Origin: Acidobacteriota bacterium
Lineage (GTDB): Bacteria; Acidobacteriota; Thermoanaerobaculia; Multivoradales; UBA5704
Direction: 5' to 3'
DNA length: 62,516 bases
Assembly: GCA_040005235.1 (NCBI GenBank)
Contig: JBDTZG010000030.1
Coordinates: forward strand, 1 to 62,516
A model generated the notes under the pieces. The model saw nothing but the letters and a program-made list of their open reading frames with translations, ran no database searches and had not been told where the DNA came from. Position numbers and translations under genes: made by a program. Shown piece after piece: positions 27,510 through 36,095 of this stretch; position 1 is the stretch's first letter; every line of letters begins with the position of its first letter.

Positions 27510-29351
27510 TCAACCCGGAAGCCGGACCCGGAACGTCGAGCCCTGGCCCGGGCGGCTTTGGACCTCGACCTGGCCGCCGTGAGTCTGGGCGACGTGCTTG
27601 ACGATCGACAGGCCGAGGCCGGTCCCCCCTTCGTCGCGCGAACGCCCTTTGTCCACCCGGTAGAAGCGCTCGAACAGGCGGGGGAGCGCTTCGGCCGGAA
27701 TGCCGATGCCGGTGTCCTCGACTTCGATCAGGTATCCCCCGACTCCGGCCGGGGTGGGCTGGCGGCTGAGCCGGAGCCGGACCGCGCCGTCGGGCCGGTT
27801 GTACTTGATCGCGTTGGCGAGCAGGTTGGTGAGCATCCGTTCGAGGCCGTCGGCGTCGCCAACCAGGACCCACGGGGCTCCTTCGGGGAGCGGCGGTTCG
27901 AGCGTCAGCTCGACGTGGCGCTCCTCGGCCGCAGGGGCCACCCCTTCGATCGCGCGCCGGGCGATCGCGAGCAGGTCGACCGGCGCGCGCCCGGCCCGCT
28001 CGCCGACGCTCTCCAGACGGCCGAGGGTCAACAGGTCGTCGAGCAGCGCCTGGAGGCGGCGGCAGTGCTCAAGGATGCGGCCGGTGAAGCGGGCCGCGGT
28101 CTCGGGCTCGGCGAGCGCGCCGTCGCGGAGAGTCTCGGCGAAACCGCGGATCGCCGAGAGGGGAGTCTTGAGCTCGTGCGAGACGTTGGCGACGAAATCG
28201 CGGCGCATCTCGTCCAGTCGCTTGACCGCCGTGGTGTCGCGGGCGACCAGCACGGCGCCCGCCAAGCGGGCCTCGTCAAACAGCACGTCGCTCTTGACTT
28301 CGATCGTCCGCCGGTCCGCTCCATCCCCTTCGATTTCGATCTCCAGCCCCAGCTCGTGAGAGCCGGCGGCGGCGGCGGTGGTGGCACCGCCCGGCAGGCC
28401 GCCGCGCTCCGCGCTCTTGAGCGTCGCCTCGACCAGTCTTTCTACCTCCGGCCGGCGCAGGACTTCGAGCACGGAGCGGCCGACGATGTCGCCCGACAGG
28501 CCGAACAGGCGCTGAAATGCCGGGTTGGTGAGCTGGGCGCGCCGGTCGGCGCCGACCACCAGCACCCCTTCGGACATGCTGGCGAGGATCGCGCGCAGGT
28601 GGTCGCGCTCCTGCTCGATCACCGCGAGCTGGCGCTCGATCGCCGCGCCGAGCCGGTTGAGCGCGAGGCCGAGGGCCGACAGCTCGTCGTCGTCCGGGAT
28701 CTCCACCCGGTGCTGGTAATGACCGTTGGCCAGCTCGCCCGCACCCGCCGCCAGGGTCGAGAGCGGCCGGAACAGCCGCCGGTCATTCCACCAGCCGAGC
28801 CCCACGCCGACGCCGAGCGCCGCCGCGAGTGCCAAGGCGAGCGCCGCGGCCAGATGGCCGGAGAGCGCTTTCAAGGCATCGAGCGGCTGCGCCAGACGCA
28901 GCACGATCAGCCGTCCGTCCTTGCCCGGCAGGGTGTGCGCGGCGTAGACGTACGGATCGCCGGTGGTGGCGCTCTTCCTCTCCGCCCACCCTTCGCCGCG
29001 GGCGAGCGCTGCCGCGACCTCTGGCCGGTCGGCGTGGTTCGACAGGGTGCCCAGGGTGGCGAGGGTGCGGGTGCTCTCCGCGATCACCCTGCCGTCTTCG
29101 GCGATCACCGTGACCCGCAGGTTGCCGCGCCCCGCCGCCTGCTCGACCCAAGTCTGGAGCGCCTCGGGCGACGCCTTGGCCGCCGCCGCGGCTTCCGGGG
29201 CGATCAAGCGCAGGGTCTGGAACAGGTCGTGGGCGGAGGCTTCCTGGAGCAAGCCGGGCAGCAGCCTCCAGAGGAGCAGCGCCGCGACCGCGAGCGCGGC
29301 GACGGCAGGGGCGAGCGGTGCGAGACGGAGCCGCCGCGAGCGGCGGATCAA
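27510..29351 (-). CDS. phoR: Sensor histidine kinase PhoR (HAMP, PAS, HisKA, HATPase)
   Basis: RRDFVANVSHELKTPL, NAIKYN, FERFYRVDKGRSR, GGTGLGL. Confidence 0.92.
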   Translation of the reverse strand: MIRRSRRLRLAPLAPAVAALAVAALLLWRLLPGLLQEASAHDLFQTLRLIAPEAAAAAKASPEALQTWVEQAAGRGNLRVTVIAEDGRVIAESTRTLATLGTLSNHADRPEVAAALARGEGWAERKSATTGDPYVYAAHTLPGKDGRLIVLRLAQPLDALKALSGHLAAALALALAAALGVGVGLGWWNDRRLFRPLSTLAAGAGELANGHYQHRVEIPDDDELSALGLALNRLGAAIERQLAVIEQERDHLRAILASMSEGVLVVGADRRAQLTNPAFQRLFGLSGDIVGRSVLEVLRRPEVERLVEATLKSAERGGLPGGATTAAAAGSHELGLEIEIEGDGADRRTIEVKSDVLFDEARLAGAVLVARDTTAVKRLDEMRRDFVANVSHELKTPLSAIRGFAETLRDGALAEPETAARFTGRILEHCRRLQALLDDLLTLGRLESVGERAGRAPVDLLAIARRAIEGVAPAAEERHVELTLEPPLPEGAPWVLVGDADGLERMLTNLLANAIKYNRPDGAVRLRLSRQPTPAGVGGYLIEVEDTGIGIPAEALPRLFERFYRVDKGRSRDEGGTGLGLSIVKHVAQTHGGQVEVQSRPGQGSTFRVRLPG

Positions 29352-30082
29352 GCGGGCCTCGGGCCGGAGCCGGGGATCGTCTCGGCATCCTCGGGCCGCA
29401 GCCGATAGCCAACCCCGATCACCGTCTCGATCCGCTCCGCTTCGGAGCCGAGCTTCCTCCGGAGGCGCCGGATGTGGGTGTCCACGGTGCGGCTGTCGAT
29501 GTCTTCGGCGTATCCCCAGACGTCGGAGAGCAGCTGGCCGCGGGTCTGGACCCGGCCGCCGCGCTCGATCAACAGGCGCAGCAGGCGGAACTCGGTCGCC
29601 GTGAGCGGCACCTCTTCTCCTTCCACCCAGAGCCGGTGCCCCGCGATGTCGAGCAGGATTTCGCCCACTTCCAGCCGTTCGCCGGCCGGGACTTCGACCT
29701 CGGGCTCGCGGCGGCGCAGGACGGCCTTGACCCGTAGCACCACCTCGCGGGGAGAAAACGGCTTGCTCACGTAGTCGTCGGCGCCCAATTCCAGGCCGAC
29801 GATCCGGTCGACCTCTTCGCCGCGGGCGGTGATCATCACGATCGGCACCCGCGCGGTGGTCGTCTCCCGCTTCAAGGCGCGCATTACTTCCAAGCCGTCC
29901 ATGCCCGGCAGCATCAGATCGAGCAGGATCAGGTCGGGGATCGGCTCGTGCCGGGCGGAGTCGAGACCGGTCTCGCCGCGCCCCGCGACCTCGACCCGGA
30001 ACCCCTCTTTTTCCAGGTTGTACCGGAGAACTTCAGCGATGTCCGGCTCGTCCTCGACGATCAGAATTCGTTCTCTGGTCAC
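29348..30082 (-). CDS. phoB: OmpR/PhoB-family response regulator
   Basis: GTG start; ILIVEDE, LLDLMLP, GADDYVSKPFS, SRTVDTHIRRLRRKL; lies next to phoR and phoU. Confidence 0.9.
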   Translation of the reverse strand: MTRERILIVEDEPDIAEVLRYNLEKEGFRVEVAGRGETGLDSARHEPIPDLILLDLMLPGMDGLEVMRALKRETTTARVPIVMITARGEEVDRIVGLELGADDYVSKPFSPREVVLRVKAVLRRREPEVEVPAGERLEVGEILLDIAGHRLWVEGEEVPLTATEFRLLRLLIERGGRVQTRGQLLSDVWGYAEDIDSRTVDTHIRRLRRKLGSEAERIETVIGVGYRLRPEDAETIPGSGPRPA

Positions 30083-30118
30083 GGTTTGCGAGCCTAGCAC
30101 GCGAGAATCCGCAGAACT

Positions 30119-30302
30119 TGTGGAAAACTTTGTTGAAAACCCGCGGTTCGAGGCGCTCTGGAGCGGCCTGGAAAGGGGATTTTGCACGTTTTGAACAGAG
30201 TCCTGTGCATTTCCCGCAAGTCTTTTGTTTTCAATCATGTCGATTTCTCCGCCGCGAAGCTGGGGGTGGCTTCGTCACCGCCCTCGACGGCAGATTTCCA
30301 CA
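30119..30302. promoter_or_regulatory. Cluster of DnaA-box-like 9-mers in an AT-rich gap
   Basis: One perfect TTTTCCACA (30119-27, minus) plus four 1-mismatch copies at 30131, 30180, 30189, 30294. Confidence 0.4.
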
Positions 30303-30320
30303 GAGTCGCGCGACCGGCCG

Positions 30321-30349
30321 GTGAACGAGGTGTTAACTCTTTGTGACAG
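30321..30349 (-). promoter_or_regulatory. Pho box upstream of phoB
   Basis: CTGTCAC-AAAG-AGTTAAC-ACCT-CGTTCAC, exact 11-bp period. Confidence 0.75.
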
Positions 30350-30456
30350 TGCCATTTACATCGTGCATCCGGGCATTCTGTCCGGGGTGCGGACCGCCGA
30401 TCGAGGAGGAACGGTGGGGGCTGGGGGCGCATCAGAGGTGCGCACTGGAGCGCGCT

Positions 30457-32151
30457 TCAGGAGGAGGCCGCCTCCAGCCCCTGGCGGACCGAGAGCCGCC
30501 TTTGGAACACCTTCTCGAACAGCCGGCCATGCTCGATCGCCGCGTCCAGCTCCAGATCGACCGCCCAGGGGGAGATCACCTCGAGCTTCACCCGCTTCGG
30601 CCGGATCGAGCAGTAGAGCTGCTCCACTCTGGAGGCGTGGGTGCGGTCGAGCGCGTCGGCCACCCGCAGGAGCGCCGCGAGCGTGCGGATCGTCTGCTGC
30701 TGCCAGGGCTTCGAGCCGGCGAGCACGGGGTGACCGGGCTTGGGGGAGGCGCCGCGGTGGAAAAGTGCCACCCGGGCGACGATCTCCACCTCGCTCGGAT
30801 CGAAGGCGTCGAGCGCCGCGTTCTGGATCAGATAGAAACTGTGCTCGTGGTGCTTCTGGTAGTGGATCGAGTAGCCGATGTCGTGGAGCAGCGCGGCGTA
30901 TTCGAGCCACTCGCGCTCGCGCCGGCCGAGGCCGTGGAGCGACGCGGTGAGGTCGAACAGCCGCACCGCCAGGCGCGCCGTCTGCAGGCCGTGCGGATGC
31001 ACGCTCTCGGCGCGCTCCGCCAGCCGCAGCACCTGGCGGCGGCGCAGGTCGTCCGGATCGGCGCCGCGCGGGATCGGCTGGCCGAGTGCCGCGAGCACCA
31101 GCCCCTCGCGCAGCGCCCGGTCCGAGACCAGGAAGCGCGCGACGCCCGCATGGCGCACCAGCTGCTCGATCAGGATCGCCCCGGCGAGCAGCGACTCGGC
31201 GCGCGGCGGCCCGACCGAAGGAAGGGCGGCGATCTCGGCGCGCGGCATCCGCGTGAGCCGCAAGACCAAGGCGGACAGATCGCGCAGCTTGACCTCACGC
31301 AGGCCCGATTTCGCCGTCCGCGCGGGAGGGGCCGCGGGCGCTCCGGACCGGGTGGCCGAGCGGCCGGCGGCTTTTTCTTCCGCGAGGAAGTGAGCGACCA
31401 GGTCGGCGCAGCAGACCGCGGTGCCCGAGGTGGCGACCAGCCGCGAGATCTTCCTTTTCGGCACCTCGGCCTTCAGGCGCTCGCGGATCGTGCGACGCAG
31501 GCGGTCGATCGTCCGCGCGCCCGGCGGATCGCCGGAGAGCGACCCGGAGCAGCGCAGCGACCCGAGCGCGAGGCTCACGACCGAGCCCAGCTCCCCTTGG
31601 TGGGTCGTCACCCATTCGGTGCTGCCGCCGCCTACGTCGATGATTCCCGCGTCGCCCGACCCCAAATCCACCACCTCGCGTACCGCGCGGTAGATCAGCG
31701 CCCCTTCGTCCTCGCCGGACAGGCGCTGCACCTCGACGCCGGTCTGCGCCCGTACTCGGGCGAGAAACTCCTCGCCGTTGCCGGCTTCGCGCACCGCGCT
31801 GGTCGCCACCGCGACGATCCGCCCCGCGCCGCGCAGCGAGGCCAAAGTGATCATCTTGACCAGCGCGAGCAGGCCGTCCTCCATCGCCTTTTCCGACAGA
31901 TCGCCCCCGGCGCCGACCAGGCCGAACGCGGAGCGGCCCAGGCGCACCATTTCGCGCTCGCGGCCGAGCACCCGGTAGGCGCCGTTCGCCTCGGGCGCCA
32001 CGACGATCATGTGGATCGAGTTCGAGCCGACGTCGATGGCGGCGATCGGAGCGAGCGGCGGGAGCGGCGCGAGCGCAGGAGCCGCGGAGCCTCCGGTCGC
32101 GGCATTGGCGTGGCCGAGGCGCTGCACGAACAGATCGACGGGAAAGGACAC
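30457..32151 (-). CDS. ppx: Ppx/GppA exopolyphosphatase with HD domain
   Basis: IDVGSNS, ATSAVRE, DVGGGSTE, ALREG, LLHDIG. Confidence 0.92.
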   Translation of the reverse strand: MSFPVDLFVQRLGHANAATGGSAAPALAPLPPLAPIAAIDVGSNSIHMIVVAPEANGAYRVLGREREMVRLGRSAFGLVGAGGDLSEKAMEDGLLALVKMITLASLRGAGRIVAVATSAVREAGNGEEFLARVRAQTGVEVQRLSGEDEGALIYRAVREVVDLGSGDAGIIDVGGGSTEWVTTHQGELGSVVSLALGSLRCSGSLSGDPPGARTIDRLRRTIRERLKAEVPKRKISRLVATSGTAVCCADLVAHFLAEEKAAGRSATRSGAPAAPPARTAKSGLREVKLRDLSALVLRLTRMPRAEIAALPSVGPPRAESLLAGAILIEQLVRHAGVARFLVSDRALREGLVLAALGQPIPRGADPDDLRRRQVLRLAERAESVHPHGLQTARLAVRLFDLTASLHGLGRREREWLEYAALLHDIGYSIHYQKHHEHSFYLIQNAALDAFDPSEVEIVARVALFHRGASPKPGHPVLAGSKPWQQQTIRTLAALLRVADALDRTHASRVEQLYCSIRPKRVKLEVISPWAVDLELDAAIEHGRLFEKVFQRRLSVRQGLEAASS

Positions 32152-32248
32152 GCCCCGGATGGTAACAGGCGGCCTACCGCCGCGAACGCGGGATTTGGTG
32201 ACAGATCCTCGACGGACTTATCGTCACAGCAAAGATCCGGAGACCCTG

Positions 32249-33163
32249 ATGACCGAGCCCGCACCGTTTCTGCGTTTCGACCGATTCACCTTCCACCCCG
32301 CCTCGGGCGAGCTTCGAAGCGACTCCGAGGGTCTCGTGCGCCTGGAGCCGCAGCCGGCCAAAGTGCTGGCTCTGCTCGCCGGCCGCGCCGGACAGCTGGT
32401 GACGCGCGAAGAATTGCAGCGCGAAGTCTGGCCGGACGGCACGTTCGTCGATTTCGAACGCGGCCTCAACTACTGCATCGCGAAGATCCGCGCCGCACTC
32501 GGCGACTCGGCGGCCGAGCCGCGGTTCGTGGAGACCCTGCCGCGGCGCGGATATCGGTTCTTGGCGGTGATGGAGGGGGACGGAGCGGACGAAAAGGACG
32601 ATCCCGAGGACGGCAAGGACGGCAAGGACGGGAAAACGCAGGAAGTGGGGAGGGCGGTTGCGGGGCCGATCGCGATGCCTGGGACGGTGGTCCTCGCGAT
32701 CGCGGTGGAGTTGCTCACGGTGTTCGGGGTGATGGCCTGGCAGGCCCGGCACCGGACCCCGGAAAGTCCCACGATCGCGGTCGCCCGGTTCGACAACGAA
32801 ACCGGCCGAGGAGATCTCGATCGTGAGGCCCAGATGCTCACCGACTCGATCGTCGAGGCGCTCACCCATCCTCCCGGCCGGTGGAGCGTGATCGGCAATG
32901 CCGCGATCCTGCGCACGCCGCGGACGTTTCGCGACCTCGCGGCAATCCGGAGCGCCCTCGATGCCGACCTGATCGTCCTCGGCCAGTTGCAAGAGAGCGA
33001 CGGCCAGTTTCGCGTATTGGTCCACCTGATCCGGGCGAAGGATCAAAAGCACCTCTGGGCGAATCGATTCCCGCTGGACGGCACGGGATGGCGGGGGATC
33101 GAAGCCGAGGTCGTGAGGACCTTGCGCGCGGCGGTCGCGGAGAAGGGGAACGGCGGAAACTAA
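32249..33163 (+). CDS. CadC/ToxR-type winged-helix regulator with TM segment and TolB-like domain
   Basis: VRLEPQPAKVL..VTREEL..VW..LGDSAAEPRFVETLPRRGYRF; TM segment; IAVARFDN. Confidence 0.85.
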   Translation: MTEPAPFLRFDRFTFHPASGELRSDSEGLVRLEPQPAKVLALLAGRAGQLVTREELQREVWPDGTFVDFERGLNYCIAKIRAALGDSAAEPRFVETLPRRGYRFLAVMEGDGADEKDDPEDGKDGKDGKTQEVGRAVAGPIAMPGTVVLAIAVELLTVFGVMAWQARHRTPESPTIAVARFDNETGRGDLDREAQMLTDSIVEALTHPPGRWSVIGNAAILRTPRTFRDLAAIRSALDADLIVLGQLQESDGQFRVLVHLIRAKDQKHLWANRFPLDGTGWRGIEAEVVRTLRAAVAEKGNGGN

Positions 33164-33194
33164 AACCGCCCGCTCGGCTACACTACCGGCCGCC

Positions 33195-33929
33195 ATGGCC
33201 GACCCTATCCCTTCCGCCCCGCCGCTCGCGGTTCCGTTGGACAAATCCGGCCGTGCCGTGCGCGACATGTTCGCGGGCGTCGCCCCGCGCTACGACCTGC
33301 TGAATCACCTGCTGTCGGGCGCCCTGGACCTGGTCTGGCGCTGGAAATCCGCCCGGGCGCTCTCCGACGTCTCCGGCGCCCCCGTGTTGGACCTCTGCTG
33401 CGGCACAGGGGACCAAGCGCTCGCGGACGCCAAACGCGGCGCCAAAGTCGCCGCAGGCGATTTCTGCGTGCCGATGCTTGCCCTGGCGCAAAAGAAGAAA
33501 ACCCCAGGGAAGGCGATCCGCCCCGCGTGGCTCGCGGCGGATGCGCTGGCGCTGCCCTTTCCTTCCGCGCATTTCGTCGCCGCGACCGTCTCGTTCGGTC
33601 TCCGCAACGTCGCCGATCTGGACCAGGCTCTGCGCGAGCTTTCTCGCGTGCTGCGCCCGGGCGGACGGCTCGCGGTGCTCGAATTCGCGCTGCCCGAAAA
33701 TCGCCTGATCAAAAGCCTCTACCTGTTCTATTTCTTGAACATCCTGCCGACCATCGGCAAGCTCGTCTCGCCGCGCGGCTCGGCCTACAACTACCTGCCC
33801 AACTCGGTCCTTCCCTTTCCGCAGCGGCGCGAATTCACCGACCGGATGAACGCCGCCGGATTCGTCGATGCCGCTTGGAAGAACCTGTCGTTCGGCACCG
33901 TCTGTCTCTACACCGGGAGGGTTCGATGA
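33195..33929 (+). CDS. menG: UbiE/MenG methyltransferase
   Basis: MFAGVAPRYDLLNHLLS, LDLCCGTGD, FGLRNV, RVLRPGG. Confidence 0.9.
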   Translation: MADPIPSAPPLAVPLDKSGRAVRDMFAGVAPRYDLLNHLLSGALDLVWRWKSARALSDVSGAPVLDLCCGTGDQALADAKRGAKVAAGDFCVPMLALAQKKKTPGKAIRPAWLAADALALPFPSAHFVAATVSFGLRNVADLDQALRELSRVLRPGGRLAVLEFALPENRLIKSLYLFYFLNILPTIGKLVSPRGSAYNYLPNSVLPFPQRREFTDRMNAAGFVDAAWKNLSFGTVCLYTGRVR

Positions 33930-34861
33930 GCGCAAAAGTTCTCGACGGTCGCGTGCTCGCGGCGAAGATCCGCCTTGAGGTCGCCGCCGGAGTGGCCGAG
34001 CTGGTCGCCAAGGGGGGCCGCAAGCCCGGCCTCGCGGTGATCCTCGCGGGCGAAGATCCGGCCTCGCAGGTGTACGTCGGGAGCAAGGTGAAAGCCTGCG
34101 CCGAGGTCGGCATGGTGGGGAAGAAAATCACCCTGCCGGCGACCCTCTCCGCCGCCGAGCTGCATGCCGCGATCGAGCAGCTGAACCAGGATTCGGAGAT
34201 CGACGGCTTCCTGGTCCAATTGCCGCTGCCGAACGGCCTGTCGGAGCGCGACGCGCTGATTGCGATCGATCCGGATAAGGACGTCGACGGTTTTCATCCT
34301 ACGAACGTCGGCCGCCTTTGGGTCGACGAGCCGGGCTTCACCCCGGCCACTCCCACCGGCATCATCCGCATGCTGCGCGAGCACTACGCGGAGGTCGGCG
34401 GCTCGCTCTCGGGCAAAGAGGTGGTCATCGTCGGCCGCAGCGCGATCGTCGGCAAGCCCATGGCCGGGCTGCTCCTGCGCGAGCACTGCACCGTAACGAT
34501 CGCCCACTCGCGGACGAAAGACCTGGCCGCGGTCTGCCGTCGCGCGGACATCGTGATCGCCGCGGTCGGCCGCCCCGGTCTGATCGGCCCGGACCACATC
34601 CGAGAAGGGGCGGTGGTGGTGGACGTGGGGATCAACCGCGTGAGTGACGCCGATACCGTCGCGCGCATGTTCCCGGGCGACGCCAAGAAGGCCGCGCAGC
34701 TCGCCGAGAAGGGGTCGATCCTGACCGGAGACGTCGATTACGTGGCGGTCTTGGAAAAGGCCGGCGCGGTCTCCCCGGTTCCCGGCGGCGTCGGCCCGCT
34801 CACCGTGGCGATGCTGGTCGCGAGCACCTTGGCCTCCGCGCGGAGACGGCAGGGGTTCTGA
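33926..34861 (+). CDS. folD: Methylenetetrahydrofolate dehydrogenase/cyclohydrolase
   Basis: DPASQVYV, VQLPLP, KDVDGFH, GRSAIVGKP, PVPGGVGP. Confidence 0.95.
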   Translation: MSAKVLDGRVLAAKIRLEVAAGVAELVAKGGRKPGLAVILAGEDPASQVYVGSKVKACAEVGMVGKKITLPATLSAAELHAAIEQLNQDSEIDGFLVQLPLPNGLSERDALIAIDPDKDVDGFHPTNVGRLWVDEPGFTPATPTGIIRMLREHYAEVGGSLSGKEVVIVGRSAIVGKPMAGLLLREHCTVTIAHSRTKDLAAVCRRADIVIAAVGRPGLIGPDHIREGAVVVDVGINRVSDADTVARMFPGDAKKAAQLAEKGSILTGDVDYVAVLEKAGAVSPVPGGVGPLTVAMLVASTLASARRRQGF

Positions 34862-34864
34862 TCG

Positions 34865-35485
34865 ATGCCCGCCCTCAAAGTAGGACTCACCGGCGGTCTC
34901 GCGAGCGGCAAATCGACCGTCGCGCAGCTTCTCGCCGAGGGGGGATGCACGGTGGCCGACGCCGACGAGCTGGTCGCCGACCTCTACCGGCCGGGCGAGC
35001 CGGGGGCGCTCGCGGTTGCCGCCCTCTTCGGCCCGTCGGCGCTCAGCGAAGAAGGTGCAGTCGATCACCGCGCGGTGGGAGCGAAGGTGTTCGCGGACCC
35101 GGAAGCGCGAAAGGCGCTCGAAGCGGCGATCCACCCGCTCGTCCGGAACCGATTCCAGGAGATCGCGACGGGGCTTGCCGACGACGCGATCGGGGTGCTC
35201 GAAGCTACGCTCCTGGTCGAGGCGGGATACGGCCCGGATTTCGATCTGATCGTCTCGATCGAGGCCCCCGCGGAATTGCGCCATGCCCGCGCCGTCGCCC
35301 GGGGCCTGAACGAGGAAGATGCCCGCGCCCGCCTCGCGGCGCAGGGCGACGGCCTCCGCAGGCGCCAGGGTTCCCATCGGGAGATCGACAATTCCCGCGG
35401 TCCTGAGGATCTGGCCGAACAGACGGCCCTGTTGCTCGCCGATCTGCGCGCTCTCGCCGGCCGCAGGACCGAAGCTGACCGATGA
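34865..35485 (+). CDS. coaE: Dephospho-CoA kinase
   Basis: VGLTGGLASGKSTV, DAD, LEAAIHPLV. Confidence 0.92.
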   Translation: MPALKVGLTGGLASGKSTVAQLLAEGGCTVADADELVADLYRPGEPGALAVAALFGPSALSEEGAVDHRAVGAKVFADPEARKALEAAIHPLVRNRFQEIATGLADDAIGVLEATLLVEAGYGPDFDLIVSIEAPAELRHARAVARGLNEEDARARLAAQGDGLRRRQGSHREIDNSRGPEDLAEQTALLLADLRALAGRRTEADR

Positions 35486-36033
35486 GCCGCTCGATCCCGT
35501 CGTTCGTCCTGGTCACCGGCAACCCGGGCAAGCTCGCCGAGGCGCGTCGCCTCGCCGGTTTTGATTTCGAATCGGTGAGCGTCGACCTGCCCGAGATCCA
35601 GTCGCTCTCCTACGAAGAGATCGTGCGGGAAAAAGCCGCCGAAGCCTGGCGCCTCCTGGGAGCGCCGCTGGTGGTCGAAGAGGCAGGCCTCGGCCTTTCG
35701 GCGCTCGGCGGTTTTCCCGGCCCGCTGGTCAAATGGATGCTCGAAGCGGCGGGAGCCGAAGGGATCGCGCGCACGGCCCAAGCCCTCGGCGACCCGCGTG
35801 CCACCGCCACCTGCCTGCTGCTCTACAAAGACGCCGAGCGCGAAATCTTGGCGGAGGGCATAACCCACGGTACCCTGATCTTCCCCGGCCGCGGCGCGAA
35901 CGGCTTCGGTTTCGATCCCGTGTTCGTGCCCGACCGAGCGGGTCTCACCTACGGCGAGCTGGACGGTGCGGAAAAAGACGCCACCAGCCACCGCGGCAAG
36001 GCTTGGCGGGAGCTGTTGCGGCGGCTGGGGTAG
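35482..36033 (+). CDS. rdgB: Non-canonical purine NTP pyrophosphatase (RdgB/Ham1 family)
   Basis: TGNPGK, GFPGP, GFGFDPVF, SHRGKA. Confidence 0.88.
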   Translation: MSRSIPSFVLVTGNPGKLAEARRLAGFDFESVSVDLPEIQSLSYEEIVREKAAEAWRLLGAPLVVEEAGLGLSALGGFPGPLVKWMLEAAGAEGIARTAQALGDPRATATCLLLYKDAEREILAEGITHGTLIFPGRGANGFGFDPVFVPDRAGLTYGELDGAEKDATSHRGKAWRELLRRLG

Positions 36034-36095
36034 GAGTAGAGCTCGAAGGCGTAGAAAAGGGCGGGGAGACCCCGCCCCTACAACCGCTTCAGATC

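Noticed and set aside
30083-30238. N-terminal extension of PhoB in the ORF track
   Set aside because: The receiver domain begins at GTG 30082; the extension covers AT-rich regulatory DNA
32162-32204. Pho box upstream of ppx
   Set aside because: The GTAACAG and GTGACAG half-sites are 36 bp apart, not in 11-bp phase
32609-32635. GACGGCAAG triplication (DGK x3)
   Set aside because: Short linker slippage repeat with no evident function
30343-32826. 827-aa plus-strand ORF, and similar long shadow ORFs (21232-23679, 19261-21105, 27558-29408, 35733-37568, 51097-52833)
   Set aside because: Antisense or off-frame shadows of well-supported genes, as expected in high-GC DNA
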